Positions 1 through 9,750 of a stretch of 64,000 bases of DNA are shown here, piece by piece (position 1 is the first letter of the stretch; each line of letters starts with the position of its first letter). The notes beneath the pieces are model-generated. The model was not told the origin of the DNA and did not search any database. It saw only the letters and a list, made by a program, of their open reading frames with translations. Origin of the DNA: a virus; IMG/VR virus record IMGVR_UViG_3300023440_000002, positions 1-64,000 of that record; one strand, 5' to 3'. The position numbers and the translations under genes are program-made.

Positions 1-114
1 AAGTGGATGTATCCAGCTGTAGAAGCGCTTAATAGTATTCCAGAAGCGTTTAAGTATGCAACATCAGAGTGGGAAACTATAGTTAAATCTTTAGAAGAAG
101 AATATAGGGATTAA
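1..114 (+). CDS. 3' end of a truncated gene, probably neck/virion morphogenesis
   Basis: Open frame KWMYPAVE...EEYRD* ending 3 nt before the next ATG; function from context only. Confidence 0.5.
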   Translation, partial: KWMYPAVEALNSIPEAFKYATSEWETIVKSLEEEYRD

Positions 115-117
115 TCG

Positions 118-1131
118 ATGGGAATAGTAGCGACAGATATATTAATTAAGTCTATGTTAGAGGCGGCCATTGCCGATCTTAGATCTAATGAGTGGATACT
201 GGAAGATATTTTTTCTTCTCTAGCGGATGACCCAATATCCTCCCCTGAAAGCGGATGGAAAGAGGTTAGATCCGCTATAGATTGGTTTCAAAAAACAGAT
301 ATTCCTGTTCTTATGCAGCATCGGGTTGGCGATGCACCAAAAATACCCTGCATTTCTATAGCTTATCAGCCAAGTCGAGAGATGGAAGAAAGAGCTTCAT
401 TGGCTGATGATGGATTTGAGGAGGATTATTTACTCGATGGAAACTCAGGAACAGCCGCTGTCCAAAAAATCACCAACAATTTTACCCCAGATAAGTTCGA
501 CAGTTCGGACGGTTTGTTTATTTTACCTAAAGGGGTTGATACGAGTTCTATGGTTGTTGGTAATTTAATAGTAGCTAAGTCAGGTAAACATTATGATATT
601 ATCCAGATAGTCGGATCAGATCAGGTAAAACTAAAACCTGACATTAATGAAGATTTTACGGATTGTTATGTGGCACCGAAAAGTCGAATATGGAACGTAA
701 AAAGAGAGCAAACTTTTATTAGCGAGTCTTATCAGATTGGATGTCACACTCAAAACGACCCAGCAACCACATATTGGTTATGGCAAATAATCTTCTATTC
801 GTGTTTGAGATATAAAGAGGCTTTCCTGGAAGGTAGAGGTTTTGAATTATCTGGGTTGCAATCTTCCGCACTGGAAAGAAATCAAGAGTTTCAATCTGAG
901 AATGTATTTTCTAAATACGTAACAATTTCAGGTCAAACTTGCGGATCTTGGATAAAATACATAGCACCTAAACTGGAAGGTGTTAAGGTTTCCGTAGAGA
1001 TAGGCGACACTGACGGAGCTTTCGATACAACCATTTACGGAGAGGATGTTAAAAACTGCCCACCTACATGGTCTATGGTTGGCGACCTAGATGAAGATGA
1101 AGATCTAAGTGTTGATGAGGATGAATGTTAA
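118..1131 (+). CDS. putative neck/tail-completion protein
   Basis: 337-aa acidic ORF upstream of sheath and tube; positional inference. Confidence 0.5.
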   Translation: MGIVATDILIKSMLEAAIADLRSNEWILEDIFSSLADDPISSPESGWKEVRSAIDWFQKTDIPVLMQHRVGDAPKIPCISIAYQPSREMEERASLADDGFEEDYLLDGNSGTAAVQKITNNFTPDKFDSSDGLFILPKGVDTSSMVVGNLIVAKSGKHYDIIQIVGSDQVKLKPDINEDFTDCYVAPKSRIWNVKREQTFISESYQIGCHTQNDPATTYWLWQIIFYSCLRYKEAFLEGRGFELSGLQSSALERNQEFQSENVFSKYVTISGQTCGSWIKYIAPKLEGVKVSVEIGDTDGAFDTTIYGEDVKNCPPTWSMVGDLDEDEDLSVDEDEC

Positions 1132-1529
1132 TGAAAGTTTCTGTTATTGCAATCCATCACCCAGAATTTGATAATTTAATCCTTCACGGCAAAAGAAGAG
1201 ATAATAAAAAATGGACTATCCCTGGCGGAGGGGCGGACGGTGGAGAATCTGCGATTAAGTGCGCCAACAGGGAATTAATGGAAGAAACCGGACTTAAGAT
1301 ACCTAAATTGAAGTATTGGGGTAAAAAGATAATCAAAGGTAAGGATGAAGATATTGAAGTATCTTTATTTGTAGGGAAATGCCCAAAGAGTCTTAATCTT
1401 AAAATAGGTGAAGATCCGGACGAAGAGATGGTTCATTTTAAGTTTTTAGACCCTCTAGTTCATGGAAATTTACACGTACCGATGAATCGAAACATCTTAA
1501 AGGAATATTTGAGTGAAAAAGTTAAATAA
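1125..1529 (+). CDS. NUDIX hydrolase
   Basis: Nudix box GGADGGESAIKCANRELMEETGL; start may be 1131 (TAATG overlap). Confidence 0.9.
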   Translation: MLMKVSVIAIHHPEFDNLILHGKRRDNKKWTIPGGGADGGESAIKCANRELMEETGLKIPKLKYWGKKIIKGKDEDIEVSLFVGKCPKSLNLKIGEDPDEEMVHFKFLDPLVHGNLHVPMNRNILKEYLSEKVK

Positions 1530-4500
1530 ATCAAATAATTTCGAACCCCTACATCAAAAAATAAGAGGTATTGCGGACTCTTACGCTGAATCTAAAGGTT
1601 TAAAGCTAACCCACAAAGAGCCTATTATTCCTGTAGATAAAGGCCGTGGTAAAAAAATAGCCGACGCTTACGAGTCTATGAGTCACGAACCTAACAATCG
1701 CGACGTAAAAGAGTCGTACGACGCACTAAATAAAGAGACTGTAGATCAGTACAACCACATAAGAAACAGCGGGGTTGGTTTTTCTCCTATACCTGAAGGA
1801 AGCAGCAATCCATACTCTAATTCAAAAGACATGTTAAGTGATTTACATGAAAATAACCACTTATGGTATTATCCAACATCTTCTGGTTTTGGTAGTTCTG
1901 AGTCCGACAGTGACCACCCCTTACTTCAAAATGTAAAAACGGTTGATGGTGATATGAAAGCTAACGATGTTTTTAGGGCGGTTCATGATTTTTTCGGTCA
2001 CGGCAAAGAAGGTCACCATTTTGGACCTAGTGGGGAAGATGCGGCATGGAAAACACACACACAAATGTACTCACCTTTAGCGCAAAAAGCCTTGTCTTCA
2101 GAAACTAGAGGTCAGAACTCCTGGGTTAATTTTGGAGTGCACGGGGAAGAAAACAGATCTAACCCTAAAAATACAATATATGCAAAACAAAAGGCGGGTA
2201 TTATGCCGGAATGGACGAGAGATATAAGCAAAAAAGAAACCCTTAGGAAGTCATATCATCCGGCAGTTCACGGTGGGAGTCATTTTATATTCAGTACTGA
2301 AAACCCTAAAGTTAAGCCTAAGATCCAGATGACTCCAGAATCTGTAATATCTAAATTAAGAGCTAGTGGTGAAAAAGTAGAAGAAACTCATGGCAGGTAC
2401 GGTTCACCAGAAAAATCAATTATTGTTCATGATCCAAAAAATATAGATCAATTACACAACCTTGCGGCCAATCTAGGTCAAGAATCTGCGATAGTTTCTA
2501 ATGGTGGTGCCCATGAAATGCATTACTATGCAGGAATGCATGCCGGAAAAGTAAGACACGGACAAGGAACTCAAACTTTTGATCAAAAACCTGATGATTT
2601 ATATACGAAAGTTTCCCATCCCGACAACACCCACTCATACTTTCAACATAATTTTGACTGGGATGATAAAAATCTAAAATCAAAACTTGAAAAAAGTAAT
2701 ATATCTGAAGTGGTCGCGTCTGCTTTAGGTGATGTAAATAGAGAAAGGTCGAGCCTTAGAAAATACTACGGTTTGATGTATGGAGACAAAATAGAAAAAC
2801 ACCTAGAAATAAGAACAAAAGATAGAGTTTTTGTTTCTATGGATGGGGACAATATTGGAGCGTCAGTGGAAAGAGCTGCTATGGCTAACGACCTGCAAAC
2901 AATAATGCAGCAATCCAAGATTATCACTGAAGGCCAAAGGATGATACGGCAGTGGGCTAAAGCTCAAGATGCCGACATTTATATTGACGGCGGCGATGAC
3001 ATAGCTTTCACTTTACCTGCTGATGCCGTAGGTTCATTAAATGCTCTCCGTAAACTTTACGGCGAAAAAACTGGATATACCATCACTATTGGGGTCGGCG
3101 ACTCTATTTCGATGGCCGGACATGCTATGCTTTTCGGTAAACTTAGAGGTAAAAATCAAGTTAACCAGTGGAGCCCAGAAATAGACGAAGAATTAGAGAG
3201 GGTTAGTCGTACTTTATCACCTGAAGAAAAAATGCAAGATCATGGGTTGTTAGGTAAAATGGAAGACCTGGAAAAGGCTGTGGCTCCTCCGACCCGACCA
3301 GGTGAAATATCTCCTGATGGGCGGTATGTTAGTAAGCATCATAAAGGTGCTGGAGTTCAAGCTTGGCATTATAACCCTGAAATCTCGAATAGTTATGATA
3401 AGTTCATAGACGAGAATAAAGAGTCTTTTTTAGCTAAGCATCCGCCGGAACACCAAAAGATCGTAGGAGACCTTATAGATTCAGTGAGGGGCGACTTTAA
3501 TAGGCATTTTGTCATAGGGAAGGACCGAAGAGGGAGCACAGATAAGATCAGAGCTAGGCATATTAGAGGGTTAATGATGGGGAATGATAATTATTCATTA
3601 AACGTATCAAGCCCTACATCGTTAAATTTAACCGCCCACGTTCGTCATGGAAGTACACCTAAATCTTCAAGTTGGAATTTTTCTTCAAATAAAGCTCAAG
3701 TTCCTGGAGAAACTGCCGATAAAGGTGTTGTAACTTCTACTGGAGGCCATTATGTCAGCAAAAGTGATAAAGTTATTTCCGGTTCAATCAGCGGCAGGGG
3801 TAAATCCTTGGGATATGACCAGGGATCAATTTATGGAATATCTGAGCTGGTACGGTGTAGAAGATATTACGGAGTCTCAAGAGGAAGCTCAAGCCTTGCT
3901 AAATCATCACAAAATCTAAAATTAGAGCATTATAGTGTCCAACCGAATCTCGACAATATAGATCCTGACCATATGGGTGCGGGAGTTGGCTCTCGAGGCA
4001 GAGAATCTAAATACGGCACCCCAGAACCTAAATTCTCCTTCCATTACCGAGCAGGCACTACACCTGAAAATGTCGTAGTTTCCCAGTCAAAATCTAAATA
4101 TAATCTAGAGTTAGAGCCACATCATAGCATTTATGATATAGGTAAAGATCCTGATGGTATCTATAAAAAACTAAAAGAAGATTCGCAAGGCCGCCAGGTG
4201 AACCCTGGAATAGTTCGAATGGATGAATATCGCCAAGCTATTAAGGATGCTGGCCATTACGGTTTTTATAATTCCAACCATGACTCCCTATCTCACGCTG
4301 TAGCGTTATTCTATAAACACCCAGCAAAAGAAGATACTTCATTTCGCAAAGCCGAAGATCTATACGGCTTACGCAAAAACAGCGAAAGTGTCAAGAAACT
4401 CAAAGAGAAGTACCTTAAACCTGCGGGGTTGTCTTCCGAAGATAAAATCAAAAATATCAAACAATCCTACCTTGGGGTTCCAGAGACTACCAGGCAGAAT

Positions 4501-4899
4501 CACACTCGCCGTATATCTGAAATAAAACGCCAATTTAAAAATAGAAACGAAAACCCCCAAAATGACCCGCTAAAGGTTGGTGCAAAAATAGCAAGACAAA
4601 CAATGAAAAAAGCGAACCCAAAAACCTTAGATTATAGCGCCATAAATCAAATAAAACAAAAACCTTCAGCCCCTAAAACCTTAGACTACGGCAAGATGGC
4701 TCAAATAAAACAAAAACCTTCAGCCCCTAAAACCTTAGACTACGGTAACATGTCACAATCGATACCGACACCTAAAATAACCCCCCCGTCACCTAAAAGA
4801 CCTGAACTTACAACTCCGGTAAGTGATGAGCATAAACAAGCTAAGATGGCAAAATATCTTAGATCTAAACTAAAAAAACCTAATCTAAATTCAGACTAA
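1513..4899 (+). CDS. multidomain (polyvalent) protein, probably head-packaged: HDxxGH domain, SAM-lyase-like domain, mCpol-like domain, possible ART-like domain
   Basis: 1128 aa; LNKS/LRKS/LEKS/LEKA/LAKS/FRKA motifs between domains; motifs HDFFGH, GRYGSPEKS..GQES, MDGDNIG..GGDD. Confidence 0.65.
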   Translation: MKKLNKSNNFEPLHQKIRGIADSYAESKGLKLTHKEPIIPVDKGRGKKIADAYESMSHEPNNRDVKESYDALNKETVDQYNHIRNSGVGFSPIPEGSSNPYSNSKDMLSDLHENNHLWYYPTSSGFGSSESDSDHPLLQNVKTVDGDMKANDVFRAVHDFFGHGKEGHHFGPSGEDAAWKTHTQMYSPLAQKALSSETRGQNSWVNFGVHGEENRSNPKNTIYAKQKAGIMPEWTRDISKKETLRKSYHPAVHGGSHFIFSTENPKVKPKIQMTPESVISKLRASGEKVEETHGRYGSPEKSIIVHDPKNIDQLHNLAANLGQESAIVSNGGAHEMHYYAGMHAGKVRHGQGTQTFDQKPDDLYTKVSHPDNTHSYFQHNFDWDDKNLKSKLEKSNISEVVASALGDVNRERSSLRKYYGLMYGDKIEKHLEIRTKDRVFVSMDGDNIGASVERAAMANDLQTIMQQSKIITEGQRMIRQWAKAQDADIYIDGGDDIAFTLPADAVGSLNALRKLYGEKTGYTITIGVGDSISMAGHAMLFGKLRGKNQVNQWSPEIDEELERVSRTLSPEEKMQDHGLLGKMEDLEKAVAPPTRPGEISPDGRYVSKHHKGAGVQAWHYNPEISNSYDKFIDENKESFLAKHPPEHQKIVGDLIDSVRGDFNRHFVIGKDRRGSTDKIRARHIRGLMMGNDNYSLNVSSPTSLNLTAHVRHGSTPKSSSWNFSSNKAQVPGETADKGVVTSTGGHYVSKSDKVISGSISGRGKSLGYDQGSIYGISELVRCRRYYGVSRGSSSLAKSSQNLKLEHYSVQPNLDNIDPDHMGAGVGSRGRESKYGTPEPKFSFHYRAGTTPENVVVSQSKSKYNLELEPHHSIYDIGKDPDGIYKKLKEDSQGRQVNPGIVRMDEYRQAIKDAGHYGFYNSNHDSLSHAVALFYKHPAKEDTSFRKAEDLYGLRKNSESVKKLKEKYLKPAGLSSEDKIKNIKQSYLGVPETTRQNHTRRISEIKRQFKNRNENPQNDPLKVGAKIARQTMKKANPKTLDYSAINQIKQKPSAPKTLDYGKMAQIKQKPSAPKTLDYGNMSQSIPTPKITPPSPKRPELTTPVSDEHKQAKMAKYLRSKLKKPNLNSD
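4618..4745 (+). repeat. three-copy coding repeat (KQKPSA)PKTLDY
   Basis: aaaaccttaga(t/c)ta recurs three times, 57 bp apart. Confidence 0.85.
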
Positions 4900-4907
4900 A
4901 GTATTCC

Positions 4908-6002
4908 TTGGAGAGGAAAATGACAAAAATCAAAGATTTAATCAAAAACGAGTTGTGCGAAACTTTTAAACCTAGATTCCAAAGTCTTAATAAGGGGTTA
5001 GGGGTAGCACCGGCTGGTGGTGGAGATGGAATGGGGCCGCCTAAAGCAAAAATGCCTCCTATGATGCCAAAGCAAAAAAAACCAGCAAGTCAAACACCAC
5101 CTACCGCAGCACCGAAAGCTCCGAAGGCACCAACAGCTCCGAAAGCTCCTGGGGCTAGTATGCCAAAAGTAGCTGGAAAGCAAGTTGGGGGAGGGTTCAA
5201 TAAAGAAGAAAAAGGAACATCTCAAGCTAAATTCCACATACATCAAGATGGCCATAAAATAACTGACGAGTCGGAAACCTTAAGCGAAATACACAAAAAA
5301 CACGGTAAAGATATAGAATCTAAGGGTTTTGTTTTAGTTGAAGATAAAGTAAAGAAAAGTGAAATCATAAAATCTGAAGTTATGGGTGGATACCGGCCTG
5401 TATTTTTAGGTAACATTAAAGACTTAGCGAAAACCTCTCCACTTTTAGCTATAGCGTCCGTACCTTATGCATCATTAAGTAAGGCTGGCACCCAACATAT
5501 TATCGCGGGGGTTCACGTACCTAATGAGGTAGCACCTCCTCCAAAATCTAAGAAAGTTAAAGGAAATAAAGATCAAGGGTCAGGTGGGCAAATCACTCAC
5601 AAAGAAGAGATTCCTGCAAATAAGGTAATTAAGCCGGTTGATAGTTTAGAGAAAGACGTAGTTAGTATGACTACTGGTAAAAAGATCAATGCTACTAAAG
5701 AAAGAGTCGAAAACCAAGGAACTCCGGATATTGCAGCTGCTAGAAAAGAAAATATAAAAAGAATGAATAAACCTCCACTTCAAAACAAACAACCGGCTAA
5801 GAATAAAGACCAAGCTATAGCTGATGGTATGAGAGATCGCGAAGAAGAAAGGCGTGAGGGTGTCGCTATGGATGCGAAACATTCAAGTTCGGGCGTTTCT
5901 CATAAGACTTCTGAGAAGAATAAGGCCGACGAACGAAAAAGAAAAAATGCTGACATTATAAGGCGCATGAAGAGTGGCACTTTCAAAGGCCGCCGGTCGT
6001 AA
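4908..6002 (+). CDS. Lys/Pro-rich low-complexity protein, possible internal head protein
   Basis: 364 aa (ATG at 4920 also possible); LNKG, LAKT, LSKA, LEKD motifs; APKAP repeats. Confidence 0.5.
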   Translation: MERKMTKIKDLIKNELCETFKPRFQSLNKGLGVAPAGGGDGMGPPKAKMPPMMPKQKKPASQTPPTAAPKAPKAPTAPKAPGASMPKVAGKQVGGGFNKEEKGTSQAKFHIHQDGHKITDESETLSEIHKKHGKDIESKGFVLVEDKVKKSEIIKSEVMGGYRPVFLGNIKDLAKTSPLLAIASVPYASLSKAGTQHIIAGVHVPNEVAPPPKSKKVKGNKDQGSGGQITHKEEIPANKVIKPVDSLEKDVVSMTTGKKINATKERVENQGTPDIAAARKENIKRMNKPPLQNKQPAKNKDQAIADGMRDREEERREGVAMDAKHSSSGVSHKTSEKNKADERKRKNADIIRRMKSGTFKGRRS

Positions 6003-6012
6003 AACCTAATAT
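6002..6012 (+). promoter_or_regulatory. putative late-promoter motif AAACCTAATAT
   Basis: CCTAAT[AC]T-like copies also near 4876, 6332, 14684, 17218, 23416, 25036, 33551, 44364, 58684, each just upstream of a + strand gene. Confidence 0.6.
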
Positions 6013-6021
6013 ATTGTAAGG

Positions 6022-6339
6022 ATGGTTATGACTAAAAGTCGCAAAAAAAAGAAATCCGAAGATGTTAATAAAGGTGAGGTTACTGATATGGGTTTATCTA
6101 AAAAAGAAAGAGAAGGTCTGGAGATTGTTGGTGAATCCAAGAAAAAAACAGTCAACAAAAAACTTCCTTCTCGTGTTATGCCTCAATTAACATTTGATTC
6201 GTGGTGGATGCAAACCCAAAAAAGACACGGGTTTAAAAATGACATAAAAGAAGTTGTATTTAAGCATTTTAGAGCTAGAGGGTTTCTTGATAGTAAGAAG
6301 TTCGACGACGGCCTTAAAGATTTTGGTATCAAATCCTAA
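6022..6339 (+). CDS. hypothetical protein
   Basis: 105-aa ORF directly before the sheath gene. Confidence 0.7.
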   Translation: MVMTKSRKKKKSEDVNKGEVTDMGLSKKEREGLEIVGESKKKTVNKKLPSRVMPQLTFDSWWMQTQKRHGFKNDIKEVVFKHFRARGFLDSKKFDDGLKDFGIKS

Positions 6340-6365
6340 TATATTTAGGTAGGAGAATATAAACA

Positions 6366-9116
6366 ATGGCACAATCATACACAACAGACGACGGAATAAC
6401 CCTATACGAACCGGGAGCGGTAGTATCGCAAAAGGTAATCGCAGGGCAAGGCGGTATCGCTACCGCAGGTGTAGTTACTTTGATCGGAGAAGCTAACGAA
6501 GGACCTCATTGGTCTGAAGAGGCTGATCTAGACGATAACGTTTTCGGCCCAGATCAGATCGCTGAAGTAACAAGAAAATATGGTAGCGGGAGATTGGTTG
6601 ATGCCTTTAGAGCTGTTATTGCTGCGGCTAATGATCCAGCTATTGTTGGTGCCGTCTCTCTTATTAAGATTGTTAAAACTAACGACTCCGACGAAGCACA
6701 GGCTTTAGTTGAAAGTCAAGGGTTTGGAACTTACGCCACATTAACGGCTAGGCGAGCAGGATCTCCGGGTAATTTAATTAAACATAAGGTTGAAACATCT
6801 CAACCAGAAATAGCTCCTTCTACTGGTGTTATTGCATATACACCATCTAGCTCTTCTATTCCTTTTAAGATTAGAATGAACGGAAAAGACCAAAAAACAA
6901 TCACAGTCGTCGCTTTTACTGATGCGTCAGCTTTAGTTGCTTCAATTGAGGATATTGACAAAGGTATTTTAGCGAACGGAGGGGAAAGAGAAGACCCTCT
7001 AGCTACTCTTTCCGGCATATCTTTAACAGCCGCAGCGCCAGCAAGTGATGAACTAACTGTTACTTTAGCTACTGGTAGTATTTTCGCTCCAGTTCCTGAT
7101 GTTGGCGACACTGTAGTGATCCCTGATTCTGGACAATACGGGGCATCGGCCGCTTCTGCGATTGCGGGAACTGGTAGTGCTAACGTTGGTTCTTATATTG
7201 TTTCGTCTGTAGTGAATACGGCATCAAGTGCCACTTTATCACTAAAAGCTATTAATATTACCGGATCAGCTACTGTAGCTGCTTCAGGTGTTGTTTCAGC
7301 TGGAGAAGATGATATTGTTGTTTTCAAGCCAATAGAAATATCAAACAAAACAGGAGCCGATAGGAAAGTCGCTGACGGACTTACAGTTGACTGGGCTACA
7401 ACAACCAATGACGGAACTAATGCGGTACTAGAAATCACTTCAGGTGAAGATTGGGTTGCACAACCTCAAATAGGCGACACTCTTAAAGTAAGCACTACTT
7501 TTTCTGGATTAACTCCTGGCTTTTACTTTGTAGTGGCTTCAACATCAAAAACTGTATCGGTTGTTAGACTTTCGTCTGGAACCTCAGGATCTACAGCTAC
7601 AGAGACGTCGGTCGCTGCTGGTTTTGTAGTAGAAAAAGTTATTATTGATGGTTTCGGCAAATCGATGGAAATCGACGGAACGGTAAGTGAGATCTTTAAA
7701 ACGTCTGCGGGTGATGCCGTCACTTTTAGTGATTCTGTAATCTACTCTTCTGCCGAATATGAAACAACTACCACTATATCTAAAGGTAACACTGAAGACT
7801 CTTTCGATACTTCAGGGTCGATTGTTATTCATATAGGAACAACCAGAGCTTCAGCTAAGGTTGTTATTGACGACACTAAACTTTCATTCTGGGAAGGCGC
7901 TTCTGTTGCCTTTGAAGCTACTTTTGATCAGTTTAAGACAATGAAAGATCTATCTGACTTTATTAATTCTCAAACTGACTACTCTTCAAGTTTAGGTAGT
8001 GCTAGATTTTCATCTAAAAGTCCTACAGATTTAGACAGAGGTTCTTTTGATATTAGTTCTGTTGGTTGGAAAGTAGGAAGAATCAAAGCTGATGCTGTTG
8101 AGTGGGCTACAGAAGTTAGTCAATCTAGCTTAATTACGGTTCAACTTTCAGGTCAATCTGGATTACCAGAAGAAATCACACCAGAAAAATTCTTATCTGG
8201 CGGAAAAAGAAACGGAACAACCTCTTTGCAGGTAACTCAAGCATTTGATGTTATGGGCGCAGTAGAGACCAACTTTGTTAATACTCTTTTTTCTAAAGAT
8301 GCAAGTGATGATATTGTAGACGGTAAAACTGATTCTAGTTCGACCTACACAATCGACGCTATCAATGCACTAGAAAGAAATCACGTTCTAGCTATGAGTA
8401 AGCTTAAAGCTAAGAAAAACCGAATAGGTTTCGCTTCAAAGTCTGGCACTTTTACCGAACAAAAAGAAGCTGCCGGAGAAGTCGGTTCTTTCCGAATCGG
8501 ATTTGCTATTCAAGATTGTAAATTATCTAACTCTCAAGGTCAAATAGAAACGTACCAACCATGGATGAGCGGCGTTATCGCTTCCGGAATGCAAGCGGCG
8601 GCTGGATATAAAGGTATCGTTAAGAAGTTCGCTAACGTTAACGGTGTGGTTCATACTGACGGGTTTAACGCCAAGTCTAGTACTGACAGAGAGAGTGCAC
8701 TAAAGGCCGGTTTACTCATAATGGAACCGGTAAACACTGGAGGCTTTCGTTGGGTATCAGACCAAACAAGCTATGCGGTGGATAATAATTTTGTTTTCAA
8801 TAGCCTGCAAGCTGTTTATATTTCAGATTTGATGTCTCTAACTTTAATATCTTCCTTTGAAAGGGTTGTTGTAGGTAAGAGTGTTGCTGAAATATCGGCC
8901 GCAGCCGCATTAGGTTTCCTTGAGTCTGAGTTGTTTAACTTCAAAAGACTGAAATGGATAACAGCATCAGACGATGCCCCTAAAGGTTGGAAAAACGCCA
9001 GTATTAAAATACAAGGCGGAGTTATGAGAGTTTCTGTGGAAGTTAAGTTAGCTGGACTTATCTATTTCGTTCCAATCAATCTAGCTATCAGCGAAGTAAC
9101 TCAAGAAGCTGCTTAA
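6366..9116 (+). CDS. contractile tail sheath protein
   Basis: N-terminal YEPGAVV..LIGEANEGP and C-terminal sheath-like region ending VKLAGLIYFVPINL; AGGAG RBS; followed by tube-sized gene. Confidence 0.9.
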   Translation: MAQSYTTDDGITLYEPGAVVSQKVIAGQGGIATAGVVTLIGEANEGPHWSEEADLDDNVFGPDQIAEVTRKYGSGRLVDAFRAVIAAANDPAIVGAVSLIKIVKTNDSDEAQALVESQGFGTYATLTARRAGSPGNLIKHKVETSQPEIAPSTGVIAYTPSSSSIPFKIRMNGKDQKTITVVAFTDASALVASIEDIDKGILANGGEREDPLATLSGISLTAAAPASDELTVTLATGSIFAPVPDVGDTVVIPDSGQYGASAASAIAGTGSANVGSYIVSSVVNTASSATLSLKAINITGSATVAASGVVSAGEDDIVVFKPIEISNKTGADRKVADGLTVDWATTTNDGTNAVLEITSGEDWVAQPQIGDTLKVSTTFSGLTPGFYFVVASTSKTVSVVRLSSGTSGSTATETSVAAGFVVEKVIIDGFGKSMEIDGTVSEIFKTSAGDAVTFSDSVIYSSAEYETTTTISKGNTEDSFDTSGSIVIHIGTTRASAKVVIDDTKLSFWEGASVAFEATFDQFKTMKDLSDFINSQTDYSSSLGSARFSSKSPTDLDRGSFDISSVGWKVGRIKADAVEWATEVSQSSLITVQLSGQSGLPEEITPEKFLSGGKRNGTTSLQVTQAFDVMGAVETNFVNTLFSKDASDDIVDGKTDSSSTYTIDAINALERNHVLAMSKLKAKKNRIGFASKSGTFTEQKEAAGEVGSFRIGFAIQDCKLSNSQGQIETYQPWMSGVIASGMQAAAGYKGIVKKFANVNGVVHTDGFNAKSSTDRESALKAGLLIMEPVNTGGFRWVSDQTSYAVDNNFVFNSLQAVYISDLMSLTLISSFERVVVGKSVAEISAAAALGFLESELFNFKRLKWITASDDAPKGWKNASIKIQGGVMRVSVEVKLAGLIYFVPINLAISEVTQEAA

Positions 9117-9132
9117 ATAGGAAGACAAGTAA

Positions 9133-9606
9133 ATGGGAAAAGCAAAAATATTAACAGGTGCCAGAGCCAAAGTTTCAATTAACGGTAATACTGTAGGATT
9201 GTTTGCGAACTGCTCCTGGTCTATCAGACAAGATAAAGCTCCGGCGTACATTCTAGGCAGATATAATCCTGCCGAGATCACACCGACGTCTCAAGAGCCA
9301 GTCTCTTTAAGCTTAACCGGTTATCGAGTTGTTGATGCCGGACCTTACGCTGTAGCTAACGCTACATTACTAAGAGGGCTTCTCGAAGAGGAAGATTTTG
9401 ATGTAACTGTTTCTGACAGGCAAAGCGGTAAGATTATTTTCACTGCGGTTGGTTGTAGAGTTGGTGGTTGGTCATCGGGTGTCGCAGCTAGAGGTGTTAG
9501 TGATATTAGAATCGATATTACTGGTATTAGAGGTGAAGATGAGTACGGAATAGCGCAAGGCGGTGACGACGACATCGGCGGATCTAACTTGGACGACGGA
9601 TCATAA
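9133..9606 (+). CDS. tail tube protein
   Basis: 157 aa right after sheath; ILTGARAKV..ILGRYNPAEI pattern. Confidence 0.85.
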   Translation: MGKAKILTGARAKVSINGNTVGLFANCSWSIRQDKAPAYILGRYNPAEITPTSQEPVSLSLTGYRVVDAGPYAVANATLLRGLLEEEDFDVTVSDRQSGKIIFTAVGCRVGGWSSGVAARGVSDIRIDITGIRGEDEYGIAQGGDDDIGGSNLDDGS

Positions 9607-9627
9607 TTTTTTAAAAATTTTTAAATG

Positions 9628-9657
9628 AAAAAGAGGGCTTTTTAGCTCTCTTTTTTT
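9628..9657 (+). terminator. intrinsic terminator
   Basis: GAGGGCT-tttt-AGCTCTC stem followed by T7, after the tube gene. Confidence 0.75.
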
Positions 9658-9750
9658 GTCTTCCGTGCTATAATAGTTATAGGTGGAAGTTAATAATAAC
9701 CTTGAAGGTGTGCCTCACTTTCGTTTTTTTGTTTAATTTGGAGTTGTATT

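Noticed and set aside
2821-3171. Classical GGDEF diguanylate cyclase call
   Set aside because: The motif is GGDDI with DGDNIG, lacking DxDxFKxxND; this fits mCpol/Cas10 palm better
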